From NCBI GenBank assembly GCA_965287045.1, contig OZ336874.1, forward strand, positions 76,942,001 through 77,006,000: a stretch of DNA of 64,000 bases, given 5' to 3'. The position numbers and the translations under genes were made by a program. Origin of the DNA: Carcharhinus amblyrhynchos (lineage: Eukaryota). This document shows positions 11,956-23,150 of the stretch, piece by piece; position 1 is the stretch's first letter, and each line of letters starts with the position of its first letter. The notes beneath the pieces were generated by a model. The model was given only the letters and a program-made list of their open reading frames with translations, did not search any database and was not told where the DNA came from.

Positions 11956-12370
11956 AGAGTTTAGAAGAATGAGGGGAGATCTCATTGAGACGTATAAGAT
12001 GATGAATGGGATGGATAGGATAGAGGTGGAGAGACTCTTCCCGCTCAAAAAAGACAGTAGGACTAGGGGGCACAGCCTCAAGATAAAGGGGAGGCGGTTT
12101 AGAACGGAGTTGAGGAGGAACTTCTTCACTCAAAGGGTGGTGAATCTCTGGAATTCTCTGCCCGTTGAAGTGGTGGAGGCTGCCTCGCTAAATATTTTTA
12201 AGAAGCGGGTTGATGGGTTTTTGATAAGAGAAGGGATTAAGGGTTATGGGGAGAGGGCGGGAAAGTGGAACTGAGCCACGACAGATCAGCCATGATCTTA
12301 TTGAATGGCGGGGCAGGCTCGAAGGGCTAGATGGCCTACTCCTGCTCCTATTTCTTATGTTCTTATGTTC
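11956..12370 (+). mobile_element. Young 5'-truncated CR1/HER1 LINE 3' end
   Basis: Intact ORF2 C-terminus MRGDLIETYKMMNG...RTRGHSLKI...FFTQRVVNLWNSLP with a 3' UTR ending in (ttcttatg)n. Confidence 0.95.
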
Positions 12371-14079
12371 ATATCAACTTTCTTACCTCTCAATCATTCT
12401 ATCTTTCTTTTAATCATTAATTTTATATTGATATACTTATAAAAAACTTCCCTTTTTCTTTCAATGTTTTTATTTTATTTAGTTGTACTCCCTTCTAGTT
12501 TTTCTTTTCCTGCTTTGAACCTCATCTTATTTTCTGAAGTTCTTCAGTTTTCCATTATTATCATTCTTTGATTCTTAAAGGCCTCTTTTTCAACTTTAAT
12601 TGGTTTTTACCCTCTTTGTTTATCCATTGCATTTTAAAACTAGCTGTAGTTTCCTTTGTTTTTGGTGGAAAAACATATTTGGTAGCTTGGCAATCTGTAT
12701 ATTGAAAACATATCCTGTGTTTTCTAAATTCCAATGTGCCAATTTCTCCCCCCACCTCACTTCAATTTGTTCTCTTCTCATCTTTCTATATTCTTCGTCA
12801 TTTCAATCTGGTGCTCTATTTCTTTCTGGCACTGAGTTTTCCCCTCATCTAGTTGGCTCTTAAACCTTGTATAGTTTTCACCAATTCCAAGGTGCTCACC
12901 CACATTTAGCTTACCTACCTGCTCTATTTTACTACTTATAACCAGATTTAGCAACAGCTCCACCCTTGTAAGCCTACTAATGCACTACTTTGGGAAGCCT
13001 GCATGCATGTAGGAATTAAATTCCCTTTTCTCTATTTGCTTTCTCTGCGTCCCAATCGCTAAATGGATAGTTTAAAAACTTCCAGCACAAAAATGTTGTT
13101 ATTCATTTCTCTAATCAGACGGCAAAGTTCCTCTTCCATATTTTCCCTACAATTTGGACGGTCTGTAACACACCCCTGATAATGTAACAAACAGAGGGCT
13201 CCAACCATGTTGGCTCTGTTTGTACCTTTTCTTGTTTATGGAACTCTATTTCACTTCTGAATCTTTTTATGCTAAATAACATATCCCTTTGTATTTATCT
13301 GATGGATTTTTTTTTTAGAAAGAGCAAAACATTTTTGTAAAGAATACTTAAACTTCTGTCAAGCCTGCTTTCATGTCAGTGAAGGTAGACAGGATTTCAG
13401 AAACAAAGAGTGTCCTGGGACCCACATTACAATTAGAGAGCCTTTTAAATATAGTGATTACAAGGAAGCAATCTAATCAAGTGGTTCAGATGACATCACA
13501 AACCACAAGACTGAAGCTCCAAAGGTTAATAGCTGCCATCCAATTCTGGGATTTGATTACATCCTTGAAATCGCTATGTGGTATCTCCTACTGTTTAGAA
13601 AATATAGTGTTTTGAATTCTGGTGAAGGTTTTATTCAGTTTCTGTGTCTATGCTGGCCTTGAATGTAGACGCCAACTGCCATTGTGCTCCATGCTCTTGA
13701 TCCATGATGACATTTACTGTGGACAACGATCGACAGTGAAATAATCATTGCAGAGATAACAGAAATGATCTGCAGCTGATTGCCAAAAGAAACCTATGCC
13801 TCATGTTTATTGTTATTGGTTAAAATTATTCTGAGTAATATAATTACAGGAGACTGAAGCAAATCCTTTCCTGGAGCCTTCCATTTAAAATGATGACTTT
13901 GATGTGATTAGGGCAATGTGAATATGTTCAGAGCTTTGACACTTTATGCAGGCAGGGCTGCTGGATGTCTGTCCAATATGTTAGTGTTCTGTGCAAGAAA
14001 GCTATCCTTTTTAAAGCAGATCCCTCTCTTCGATACATACTGGATTGAATTTTTCCCCCAAAGTTCATAATCATGAGAA

Positions 14080-16190
14080 TAATGGAGTGATCCATGCCAG
14101 TCTCTCAGGGATTTCGTACCGCAGTCCACTCACACTTAGTCACTTTTTTGGAGAGTTATAAGTTTCGCACCGGACTGGGGGAGGTGGGGGGTGTGGGGAT
14201 GGGGCCTATACATGCTGGTGAGCCCGGATTCAGAACACTCAGGCGTCATTTCGCAATGACGCCCCAACCTCATTACAATGGAAGACCCCCTCCCTCTCCC
14301 CATAGACATTGGGACACCCTGCCCCACTGACACGGTTGCTGACATCAGGGCCCTCCCACCAACACTGTATTTTCATGATCTCCAGAATGGCCTCCCATCA
14401 TGGCCACCTGAATGATCCATGCCTACATGATCCCTCCCCATCAGAAACCTTGTAAAGCTCACCCATCATATCACCCCTACATTGCATTCCACACCACCCC
14501 GTCATGTCATAGCCCCCAGTCAGGGCCCACTCCTTGGCACTGCCCTGGCACATTGGCAGTGCCCAACTGACACCCCATGGGTGTCCAGTGGCCACTGCCA
14601 GGATGTTTATGAGCTGCCAGTATGCCTGGTGGGTCTTGGCAGGTGGGCACTGCCCAATAACTACATGGCCCATGCTCCCGACAACCCAAGGCTTCAAAGG
14701 TCTCCAAGCTCCACCACCCCCCCCCACCCCCCCCCCCCGCCCAATGTGACTATTGCGCCATGTCTCTGCCAGTGAAAATCAGTAGTGGTTCTCGTCGTTA
14801 TCGCACTGTTTGAAGGCCGAGACTTCTGTGCACTAGGAGTTAAATGGATAATGCATAATGGATAATGCTACTTTAAATAGGCTATTTGGTTCTGTGCCCT
14901 TTCTGGTTGCAATCCAGTTTGCACCATCCAGAAGAGGCCAGGTGACTTGCAAACTGTTTGGCACCAGACGTGAAATGGATTTTTAGGCCTGCGCTCTATT
15001 CTCGAGGATCAGCGCCATCTGCTAACAGCAGAATGAGGTCCCAAGAGTCACCCATTGTTTTTCTAATCGCAATTTGGGTTCTTGGCTGGGTTCACTGGCC
15101 CGCCAGTCCCTGACAGGAATTCCGAAGGCCCACTGAACTAGGCAATGCGCCTAAAACAGGATTCCCGCTGGGCAACAAACCTGGAGAAATGCTCCTGACC
15201 TGCTCCGCCCCAGCCCCGATCAAGTTTCTGCCCAGAGCAGGTGGGAATGGATGAATATACAAAAAACCTACTAATCATGAATTAGAGTGCGAGAAGCCCA
15301 ATTCAATGGCCTTCCATGACGTACCTGCCCCTCCCTCCCCCTCCCCCATACTGGGAAGTCCACTGGGAGAGTTTTGGTTCAGGTCCTGCCAAATGTTTTA
15401 AACTTTTAACACCAATTCCTATTTTGGAATGGAATGCGGCAGTGATTTTACAGGTTTCCAGGTGTCCAAAGGGTGTAGGTGTCAAAGTAACTAATGCACT
15501 TCAAAGTTTTCAGCGGTCAGAGGCAATAATGAATATCTTACCACAGAATGGTGTCAGAATTCACCATCCTGAAACAGAATAATACTTTTCGCAGGGCAAC
15601 AAAGACAAAGTCCCCACCAGATCCTGGGGGAGAGTCCCAATGTCATACCCTTTCCCCCAGCCAAAGCCCTTCCAATTCCCAGGTCACTTGAGGGATCCTC
15701 CCTCTGCAGCCTATCAAGGGCAGAGGGGTACCTGACTTGCCTTCTTGCTCACTCATACAAATGCCAGTTCAGGGTGTCATTGCCAGTGTAAAGTTGGCAC
15801 TATGGTTTCTGAGGAGGTTTGTGATGGGAACCCATCTGGAAATGTCTCTCTTGTTGGGGGAGGGGGTGGGTTGAGACCACTGATTGGAAGGGAGGAGGGC
15901 GGTTGTCACCCTTATGGTATGGGGGCGCAGTGCGCTGGGGGAGATGATACTCCTCTGTGCTGAGGGATTGGGGGTGCTTCTCCCGTCAGTGGAGGTTGCC
16001 ATGTCTGTTGTGGAAGGGAGGGGAGGCCCGTCTTTCAACACGGAGCCTGGGATGCCCTGACCTCTGTAAAGCTGGGCTGGCTGGCGTGATTCCCGAGATA
16101 CACACATTTAAATGCCGAAGGTGGGAGAATCCCATCTGACAGGTGCTGCCACCGCCAGTGGGAAAGATTCCGGTTTCCCCATTGACACAT
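14080..16190. mobile_element. Cluster of GC-rich non-autonomous DNA-transposon (Harbinger-type MITE) sequences
   Basis: GC-rich interior with tggcactgcc/ggcagtgcc inverted motifs also found in the 19624-20756 element. Boundaries are uncertain and there are probably two or more elements. Confidence 0.45.
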
Positions 16191-16753
16191 GTACTCAAGA
16201 TTGCAATTGCGCTCTTTGTCTAGCAGAAAATAGAGTACATATTCCCAGTAATTGAGTGTCTCACTGTATCTAATATGCCTGTCATTTGTTGCCAACTAAT
16301 TTCCTGATTGTATAATTCATAAAACTCACATCAATTGGAAAATAATCTTAACTATAAATATATTACGTATGCTGGAATCATGTCACTTATCTATTAATTC
16401 ATCTGATAAGAATTTATAGCTTATGAAACCTGGCCAAAGTATTTAAAGTTTACACACTGAAGATCAACATTTACACATTAATTTATCTTAAAATAGTCAT
16501 CCCAGTGCTAATAATGAACTGTATTGGAAAATAACCAAATTAGAATGTAAGGAAACGTATAATTTACAGTGATGCAAATACAAAAGCTAATACAAAAAGC
16601 AAGCATAGAGTATATCAACACAAACGAATGGAAATACGTGGCAATCACCAAGAAAGAATTGGAGTTGGTGTCTCAAACCTCAATACAGAAAGGTCAACAT
16701 ATACCGACAATTTGTTTTATATAGGCTAACATAGCAGCCCTTTTGTATACAAT

Positions 16754-16888
16754 GGCCAGAATTCTCAGGTCTCGTACGTCCGGTACTGCTGCCAGCGAGA
16801 ACAGAGAATTTGGTGCTCAGCGAAATCCCTGTTCACAGCATCGGGATTGGAAAGTTCCAGCCACGGGCAAGGTCGGAGAATCCAGCCC
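16754..16888 (+). mobile_element. 135-bp MITE with 13-bp imperfect TIRs and a 3-bp AAT TSD (PIF/Harbinger-like)
   Basis: ggccagaattctc ... gagaatccagccc, with aat on both sides (16751-16753 and 16889-16891). Confidence 0.75.
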
Positions 16889-17370
16889 AATGCAAAGATA
16901 AATACTCAGTGGTTAGTTTTAAATTTTAAAAGAAACAAACTTTCGCTAGGAGAATTCCCTTCAAATCTTGCCACGAGGTTATGTACTCAAGCGGAGAGAA
17001 TACCTGGAGGTCATTATCTTCTGAATGAGGTTAAATCTCAACTGAACTAAACTGACACATGGCAGCTGCAGTGATGCCATTAGCTCTGAACTGTATTGGA
17101 ATGGCTGGATTACTATTTGTAAGCATGATTAGTATTCCTCCCAGCTTTTTAGTTGCATGCAATGAATTTATTCTGTTATCTTCCATATATTTATGATCTT
17201 GATGTATGCAACACTTTAGATACTAATAACATGTCATGGAAAGAGTCTTGTAAAATGTCAATCCCACCATAAGGTGATGAATGCCTTCAAGAATCCCTAA
17301 AACCACGATAATCAACAGTGGTAACTTTGATGCAAAAAAGAAAAAAAATCAAATGTTGAAAGTATGCCGT

Positions 17371-17506
17371 GGCCGGAATTCTCCGACCTCGCCTGCAGCC
17401 GGGATTCTCCGGTTGTGTTGCAGTGGGTGGAGATTTGGCTGAGTGCTAAATTCTCTGTTCTCACTGGCAGCAGTAACAGGGCATGCGAGAGCTGAGAATT
17501 CCGCCC
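17371..17506 (-). mobile_element. Second copy of the same MITE family, inverted
   Basis: ggccggaattctc ... gagaattccgccc. Its reverse complement aligns with 16754-16888 (shared tactgctgccagNgagaacagagaattt). Confidence 0.75.
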
Positions 17507-17800
17507 AATGGGTCTATCCATAGCTGAAAGCACGAGACATCCACTGACACTCTAAACCTGATGAATATTAATGGAGAGGGGGCAATGTCAGGCAGAGGGA
17601 AAACATCTACTCAGGTCCTCTCCCTATCTGAGGAAGAAGTAATCCAGATGCCGGCGATGGCTCACATTAAAGACGCGGTCAGTGTTGAAACTGGAAGGTG
17701 CATCTTACAGGGCTCTTGCCATCTTAGGCTGTTTCCTCTCAGTGCAAATTCACCACATATTATGCATGACAGGATGCAGTCACGCATCCATTGTTGCTTA

Positions 17801-18170
17801 TTAGCTGTGGCTTGGTTGGTAGCACTCTTGCCTCTGGATCAGAAGGTTATGGCTTCAAGTCTCACTCCAGGCTTTGAGCACAATAGTCAATGCAGTACTG
17901 TAGGAGCGCTGCACTTTCAGTGGTGGTGTCTCTTGGATGATACGTTAAACTGAAGCCCCATCATAATTCTGTCATGTAATTGGATGTAAAAATCCCAAGT
18001 ACAGGGGAATTATGCCCAGTAGTCTGGCTAAAATGTATTCTTCAATCAACATTACAACAACACACTGCTGTTTGTTGGAGTTTGCACAATTGACTGCAAC
18101 ATTCCCTACAACAGTGCCTACACTTCAAAAAAATGCATTGGGATGCCCAATGGCCAGGGAATAGAAGTCT
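17801..18170 (+). mobile_element. SacSINE1-like DeuSINE
   Basis: Head agctgtggcttggttggtagcactcttgcctctg...ttcaagtctcactccag, Deu-like core (ggatgatacgttaaactga...ggatgtaaaaatccc) and L2-like tail (ctacacttcaaaa). Confidence 0.75.
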
Positions 18171-18399
18171 CTCCTTTCTTTATCCTTTATGCTTCAAGCC
18201 AACAAACATAAAAGAAGAACTGTCAGTAAGCATCACATAAGATGACAGTGTCACTCAAACCTACTTTAGGAAGTACCAGCTCAGAGACTGGTCCTATACA
18301 TGCGGCAAAGGATGGGCTAAAGGGAAACAGCAAGCAAGAGACCACAGGAGCCTGAACAATGGGTGAGTTGGCCCAAGAAGCTACCAGCCAAAGGGACAG

Positions 18400-18875
18400 C
18401 TTGTATCTTAGCTCCGATGAAAGAGCACAGTGAGGGATCTCAAGGATGCGACATGCATTCAAAGGTTTATCTCTGCACAATAGTTTGCAGATGACTACTG
18501 TGTGATGGCTAACTTTGCATCGTACTTGCGAGCCACTCCTGATCTCTTCAATTCAGCATACAAGAAACTCAGCCTGCCTTGACTGCTGCCAAAATAAAAC
18601 TCATATTAACCAACGTCAGCCAAATATCTCATCTCCCATATGTTTTGAAGGACAAACCCAGGAATATATTGGGCACTTTCCATACCTTGGCAGTCACCTC
18701 TCTCAAAAGGACACCTTGACAAGGAGACCCAAAACTGGATCAGCTGCACCACTTCAGCCTTCTACAAAGTATGCAGCAAGTATTTAACAACCAAGATGTC
18801 CACAAGTCAACAAAGCAGAGCAGTTGTCATAACCATGCTCCCATGCTGCCATAAGACTTGGACTTTGTCTAGGCA
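18400..18875 (+). mobile_element. RTE-clade LINE RT fragment (5' part)
   Basis: Translates to FADDYCVMAN...DLFNSAYKKLSL, HFPYLGSHLSQK and AVVITML...KTWTL, which are typical RTE motifs. Confidence 0.8.
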
Positions 18876-21000
18876 GATTGTCTTATGAGGAAAGGTTGGA
18901 TAAGTTAGGTTTGTGTCCTCAATCAAGTAAGAGTGACTTGATTGAAACATATAAGATCCTGAGTGGTGAATCTGTGGAATTCACTACCACAGAGGCCAAA
19001 ATGTTGCGTGATTTCAAGAAGAAATGGAATATAGCTCTTGGGGTTAAAGGAATCAAAGGGCGCGGAGGGGGGTGGGGGGGGGTGGAGGTGGTGGATCAGG
19101 ATATTGAATTTGATGATCAGCCATGATCAAAATGAATGGTCTAGCAGGCTCAAAGGCTGAATTGCCTACTCCTGCTTCTAGTTTCTATGCCTTGACAGGG
19201 TTGACATGTGGGAAAAATAAATAGTTGCCCACTTCTTTCCCTGGAGCTTAGGAGGATGAGAGGTGACCTTATAGAGGCTTGTAAGATCATGAGGTGCCTA
19301 GGTAAGGTGAACAGCCAAGGTCTTTTCCCAGGATAGGGGAGTCCAGACTAGAGGGCATAGGTTTAAGCTGAGAGAGGAAAGATTTAAAAGGGACCTGAGG
19401 GGCAACTTTTTCACAGAGTGTGGTGCATGTATGAAATGAGCTGCCAGAGGCGGATACAATTACAAATTCAAAAAAATGTGGACAGGTACACGGATAGGAA
19501 AAGTTTAGAGGGATATGGGCCAAATGCAGGCAAATGTGACTAATTCAGCTTAGGAAGACTGGTCGGCATGGACGTGTTGGGCCAAAGGGCTTGTTTCCAT
19601 GCAGTTTATCTCTATGACTCTATGAGGACGATTCTCCCAGGCCACTACACTGCTTGAGCTTCCCGCTGGGCACCATGGCCTCCGTGAGTCTCTGGGTTAA
19701 GATTTCCAGAGTAATCAGATCTGTGCCAAAAACCCGGGCAGAGCTGTTTACAATATGTAAATCAGAATTCAATATTATTAGTGGGCCAGGAACTGAATTC
19801 TCCAGTTCAGTTAGTGTCTCCCCCACCCACACGGAGTGGTTCACTCCAGTGGGGTTTACAACTGCTCCCCACTAATGGGGAACAGGCAGCCCGACCACGC
19901 TGGAGGGAACAGATGCCACTGAGCAAGCACCCCCCCCCCGCCCCTCCCGGGGAGGTCTGGGACAATGGGGGGATGCCTTGGCACTGTCCACCAGGCATTA
20001 GGCAGCGCAAAAGGGCAGGCCAGAGACGGTCGGGGCCTATTGGGGGGGAACCTTTTGGGAGGGTGATTTGTAGGGGTGGGCAACCCACTACTACTTTACA
20101 ATTGGGATGACTGGTTGAGGGAGAGAGGGAGGACGGCGATTGCGGGGGCGGTATGGGGTGTTGGGACTGCCGGAGGTGGGGGAAATTAGGCGATCGGGGC
20201 AGGCCAGGTGAGTTGAGGGGGAAGGGTGGGTGGAATCGGGGAGATGAGATTAGCCAGTGGGAGGTGGGAGGAACACTAGGGCTTGCCAGGGAGCTCCAGG
20301 AGGCCAGCGATCGGGGGAAAGGGGGCTCTGCAAGAATAGTGAGGGGGTACTGCAGGGCTGGCAGGAGGTGGAGGGGGAGCGGCAGATGGGTGTAGTCAGG
20401 GAGATCAGGTTTGGCCAGAGAGTTCTGGGAGGCCAGTGATTGGGGGATAGGAGGCTCTACAAGGCCAGCGCTGGGAGGGGGGGATTGCAGCGCTGGCCAT
20501 TGATCAGGAGGCCAGCAGTGTGGGGCCAGTGTGCATGCTCCAACCTCTGTGCTGACAAATTGGCGCATGTGCAGTAGCAGAGTCAGCGCTATGCTGCTGG
20601 CCCTGCTCAGGTGGGAATAGGCCTCACCCATTGATTTTCAGGGGGAATCCCACTAGGGTACTCTGTGATACACAGAGTGTGGGAGGTTCACTCTGGAAGT
20701 TACTCCCATTTTCCCAAAGAACTGGGAATTTAGAATTATTTTGGAGAATCCTGGCCAATGGTTTTCAGAGGGTTGTGAGGGCTTGGAATTCTGTTCCCCA
20801 AAAGTTAATTGAGGCAGAGTCTTTGGATCTCTTTAAGGCAGAAGTAGATAGATTTTCAATAAGCAAGGGAGTGAAAGATTATTGAGTTTGGCTGGAATGT
20901 AAAACTGAGGTTAAAATGAGATCAGCCATGATCTTATTGAATCTCGGAGCAGGCTTGAGGGGCCAACTGGATTCGTCCTGTTCCCATTTCATTTGTTTGT
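18876..21000 (+). mobile_element. CR1 3' fragment split by two further CR1 3' ends (~18963-19190, ~19236-19623) and a MITE
   Basis: SYEERLDKLGL...DLIETYKIL at 18878-18962 resumes briefly at ~19191-19235 and again at 20761-21000 (FQRVVRAWNSVP...). The intervening pieces carry their own CR1 3' tails. Confidence 0.75.
19624..20756. mobile_element. ~1.1-kb non-autonomous DNA transposon (Harbinger-type TIRs) with G-rich internal tandem repeats
   Basis: Ends gaggacgattctccc ... tggagaatcctggcc. Internal repeated ggaggccagcgatcgggg units at ~20180-20520. Confidence 0.65.
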
Positions 21001-21014
21001 ATGTATCAGTGACA

Positions 21015-21435
21015 CATAAGAACATAAGAAATAAGAGCAGGAGTAGGCCATCTAGCCCTTCGAGCCTGCCCCGCCATTCAATAAGATCATGGCTGATCTG
21101 TCGTGGCTCAGTTCCACTTTCCCGCCCTCTCCCCATAACCCTTAATCCCCTCTCTTATCAAAAACCCATCAACCCACGTCTTAAAAATATTTAGCGAGGC
21201 AGCCTCCACCACTTCAACGGGCCGAGAATTCCAGAGATTCACCACCCTTTGAGTGAAGAAGTTCCTCCTCAACTCCGTTCTAAACCGCCCCCCTTTTATC
21301 TTGAGGCTGTGCCCCCTAGTCCTGCTATCCTTTCTGAGCGGGAAGAGTCTCTCCACCTCTATCCTATCCATCCCATTCATCATCTTATACGTCTCAATGA
21401 GATCTCCCCTCATTCTTCTAAACTCTAACGAGTAC
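21015..21435 (-). mobile_element. Young 5'-truncated CR1/HER1 LINE 3' end, near-identical to 11956-12370
   Basis: ORF 21108-21443 differs from ORF 11969-12274 at only a handful of residues and has the same tail. Confidence 0.95.
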
Positions 21436-21580
21436 AAGTGCAAAAGATTCCATCAGCAGTCCCTCTGCTACATCTTCTGGATTCAATGGGAGAACCATTG
21501 AATAAATGCTGGTGTTTTTGAAACCAGTTCACTGGCGTTCAGGCAAAACTCCTACAGAATCAACTTTGAACCAGTTACAA
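21436..21580 (+). mobile_element. RTE LINE continuation
   Basis: RFHQQSLCYIFWIQWE and AKLLQNQL, the RTE motifs that normally follow TWTL. Confidence 0.7.
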
Positions 21581-21599
21581 TGAGATGATAGTGTCACAA

Positions 21600-23150
21600 G
21601 CCATTCAGAAGCTGGGTTAAATATTGGAAAAGTGGCATACAGGGTTGGGAGAGGTCTTGCTTAGAAGAATCACCAACTGTTTTACTCCTGGTCTTCTTCC
21701 TCCAGTGGGGTGGCACGGTAGCCCAGTGGTTAGCACTGCTCTTCACAGCTCCAGGGACCTGGGTTTGATTCCCGGCTTGGGTCATTGTCTGTGTGGAGTT
21801 TGCATGTTCTTCCTGTGTCTGCATGGGTTTCCTCCCGGCGCTCTGGTTTCCTCCCACAGCCCAAAGATGTGCGGGTTAGGTTAATTGGCCATGCTAAATT
21901 GCCCCTTAGTGTCCTGGGATGGGTAGGTTAGAGAGATTAGCAGGTAAATATGTGGGGAAATGGGGATAGGGCCTGGGTGGGATTATGGTCAGTGCAGACT
22001 CGATAGGCTGAATGGTCTCTTTCTGCACTGTAGGGTTTCTGTGATTCTATGACTGCATGGCTTGTCTCTGTGAATGGCACAGCATGCAATAAGCCACTAC
22101 AATTCTAGAAACTTACTATAGGGCAAGACTGCAAGGCACCACCAGAGTGATCCAGGCACCTGAAACTTTCTTTGAACATGTCTATGGCTTGCTTATGAGA
22201 ACTCAGATATCTAGATATTTTTTCACTGAACTGATGCTCAGCATCAGTACCTTGGTTCATAATAGGAGCAGTGAACCAGGTGCAGAGTGGATACTCACTG
22301 CCTTCAAGCAGCCAATCTGGCATTTGCTGGTCTGGATTGCAAATGGGGAAATTGAGGATCTTTGCAGAATGAAGGCATCATTGAGGAACAGACCTCAATA
22401 TTCACTTCTTAGGGCTACAGTTATTGTAAGGGGAATAACTTGGCAGTGAAGGATATAAGTGGAGCCTAGTCTTCACACAGGACAAGCCTTTACCTAGAGA
22501 CACAATTGCATAGTCCTACACCTCAAAATCTACCATCCACAGTTTTCAACCTGCTCCAATCTCTGAACATAGGTGACTGTCCAGTTAGTGACTTCCACTT
22601 GAATACAATTAAACACCTAATTCATATCCAATTCACAGCGGCCCAGTTGAACATTCAGGCAGTAGCAACCGGTCTTGTTCTAAAAACATTGGTGTTTCTT
22701 GAAGGAGATAGTGCGGGTTAATGTATGAACAAGCAAACCAGCAATGTGGACAAATGAAAGATCTCTCCTCCTGTTCAAAAGCCTGTATTGAGAAGTCTGC
22801 TCTGGCAGCTGTTTGGTGCTCTTTTGCATCTGTTTGATAGCTGCATTATTAGCGAACTGACTGCTGATGTTTACCTCACTTATTACGCCCTGAAACTAGA
22901 TCAGGGTATAAAAGTAGGAAGCCGCCATTATCGTCACAGCTCCAGGCTCTGACCATTTGTTCTTTGGCGTCAATGTTTGCTTGCAACAGGTAGGGTAGAT
23001 CAGTGCTGCCTACCTACTGAAGTGTAGCCTCCTTACACACCCTGAGGTGTGACATGTTATTCTGGAATACCCAAAATCTGCAACCTCTCATTCGTCCTTG
23101 CCTCCTTCGCCATATTTCTTGACTTTGCACCGGTCTTTCCTAAGAGGCTT
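21600..23150 (-). pseudogene. Decayed PIF/Harbinger DDE transposase (HARBI1-like), interrupted by a HE1 SINE
   Basis: Collinear minus-strand motifs: CVRRLHFSR, GAVTIMAASYFY, FQGVISEV, GCYCLNVQL (cf. GFHSLNVQL), DAFILQRS, WLLEGSEYPLCTW (cf. WLLGDxGYPL), QAIDMFKESFRCLDHSGGALQ and IVVAYCML. Multiple stops and frameshifts. Confidence 0.85.
21707..22052 (+). mobile_element. HE1-type V-SINE, full length
   Basis: A box tggcacggtagcccagtgg, B box gggtttgattccc, V-domain and tail tctgcactgtagggtttctgtgattctatga. Confidence 0.92.

Larger units (their letters stand above)
9720..13300 (-). mobile_element. Old CR1-like LINE fragmented by later insertions (pieces at ~9720-9980, 10730-11160, 11810-11955, 12370-13300)
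   Basis: Collinear reverse-strand CR1-like segments, including the endonuclease-region motif LELLLNLVISSKIEQVGKLNVGEHLG (ORF 12778-12963). Confidence 0.6.

Noticed and set aside
19807-20631. Longest ORF (274 aa, Pro/Ser-rich)
   Set aside because: It is a low-complexity product of the G-rich interior of a TIR-bounded element, with no recognisable domain.
21707-21785. tRNA gene
   Set aside because: The A/B boxes belong to the head of a HE1 SINE and run directly into the V-domain. The same applies to the other SINE heads.
22105-22323. Host HARBI1 gene
   Set aside because: The surrounding frames contain stops and frameshifts, the catalytic motifs are degenerate, and a SINE is inserted, so it is a transposon fossil.
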